A stretch of 64,000 nucleotides of DNA from Botryllus schlosseri. Its lineage: Eukaryota. How positions within the stretch are numbered: position 1 is the stretch's first letter; every line of letters begins with the position of its first letter. Where the stretch lies: contig CM119372.1 of the NCBI GenBank assembly GCA_051294905.1, positions 32,738,001 through 32,802,000 of the forward strand, written 5' to 3'. A model generated the notes under the pieces. The model saw only the letters and a list, made by a program, of their open reading frames with translations, did not search any database and was not told the DNA's origin. Position numbers and translations under genes: made by a program. Shown in pieces: positions 62,793 to 64,000 of the stretch.

Positions 62793-63970
62793 GTAAATGC
62801 AATGGAGTGGCCGTATTCGTGCGCAAAATCGTAGGCATATAGTAAAGCACGGTGAAATACAAAGATCATACCACACAAGGCGCGAATAGCAAGAATGACA
62901 CGTAAAAGGAGCGATTAATTTTAATATTGTAGTGATGACAACGTGGCATGCGTAACCAGAATGGCGTCAAAACAAGAATATGTACGACGGGAGAGAGTGA
63001 TCTTTGAATACCAGACCATATGCCACGGTCATCCACGTTTCTGTAGTAGCTTAGCGCAGTACAGCCATGCTCATATCAGTGTATTGATATAAAGCAGGTC
63101 ATGGCAAGTCAGGCGGGAGAGTTAGCCTAGTGCTGGTAGGTGGTAGGTGGGAAGCCCCTGTTCGACTCGTGACAGTAGCACAGTCCGCTCTGTTGAAGTT
63201 TCGGAAGTTGATGTGCATTCCTACTCTCCTATCTTGCTGTTCTTACCGCATCTTTACGACGAAGTCCAGAATAAGACCCGATTAAAGGCGAACACAAAGA
63301 AAGCGAATAAAAACGGAAAAGCGTCTTAAAGGCAGCCGAAGTTACACATTCGGCGTTAAGCGGAGATGGATGCTCGATAAAAAGATCTCACTTGTTCCAT
63401 ACAACTTTCTACTGTCTGTTCATTGCATCACATTGTGTCTTGTCTAGCGAATTGTACACTGTATGTCATAAGCGGACAAAAATAACATTACCCCCTCATT
63501 GTTGGATATCTCTCACTTCCTATTTGTATAAATGAGTATATCTCTCGTATCAGTATGAGACTGAAGTTACCTACTGCTAATGAATACACCCGAAGGCGGA
63601 ATCGGGTTGTGTTTTAGTGCACCACCCCAAGAAGGCACAAAAAGGTGGTACACCCCTAATATAGCCTATATATGTTCATAAAGTTTTATGTATGTTACAC
63701 GCATTTGCCCATTGAAATGGGCATGAAAGTGCAATTTGGTACCACAGAATGCCGATGACCTGATTAGCACCATCGTACACTATATGGTGGAAGTTTCGTA
63801 AAATCAGATATTAGAAAACATACATATACAATGTCGCCTTTTCGAAAATGATTTCGAAGTCCGTGAGCAAAAAAGACTTCAAACGCCGACCTACAGTGCG
63901 TTCGTTTGATTTCAGAGAATTCCGAGATGTGTAGCCTACATATTACGGTAAGATTCCCTCTACATTCCAG

Positions 63971-64000
63971 AGCCCTCTTCTTCTGCCTCGTTCCGGTATC
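63971..64000 (+). CDS. SLC5A-like symporter, exon 8 (runs off the window)
   Basis: TTCCAG acceptor in phase 2 giving R-ALFFCLVPV, the hydrophobic segment expected next. Confidence 0.65.

Noticed and set aside
1..64000. CRISPR arrays, rRNA or prokaryotic operon-type systems
   Set aside because: No regularly spaced repeat-spacer array or rRNA-like sequence seen; short-motif arrays are MITE subterminal repeats in an intron-containing genome.

Overview
Repeat-dense eukaryotic (invertebrate) genomic DNA with spliceosomal GT-AG introns; an ascidian/tunicate origin is my inference from the gene content, not established. Four host genes can be built by hand: an intronless orphan 7-TM protein (5663-6619 +), a 4-exon NAT8/camello-like GNAT acetyltransferase (34964->21966 -), a 2-exon Mu-class-like GST with a rewritten active site (40607-42159 +), and the first eight coding exons of an SLC5A5/6/8/12-type sodium:solute symporter (50268->window end +). 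Much of the rest is transposon-derived: a 5'-truncated Ty3/Gypsy element, two Penelope-like (PLE) 3' fragments, Chapaev3-like, piggyBac-like and LINE remnants, and many often nested TIR elements with 8-bp target-site duplications (TSDs). The most notable observations are (1) a minimal hammerhead ribozyme in the PLE 3' end with a pseudoknot showing a compensatory change between the two copies, (2) a family of 22-29-bp pure-palindrome insertions with 8-bp TSDs plus an unrelated 36-bp one, and (3) an LTR followed by a 41-nt copy of mature tRNA-Leu. All coordinates and alignments were made by eye, with no searches run; ends of decayed elements are approximate.
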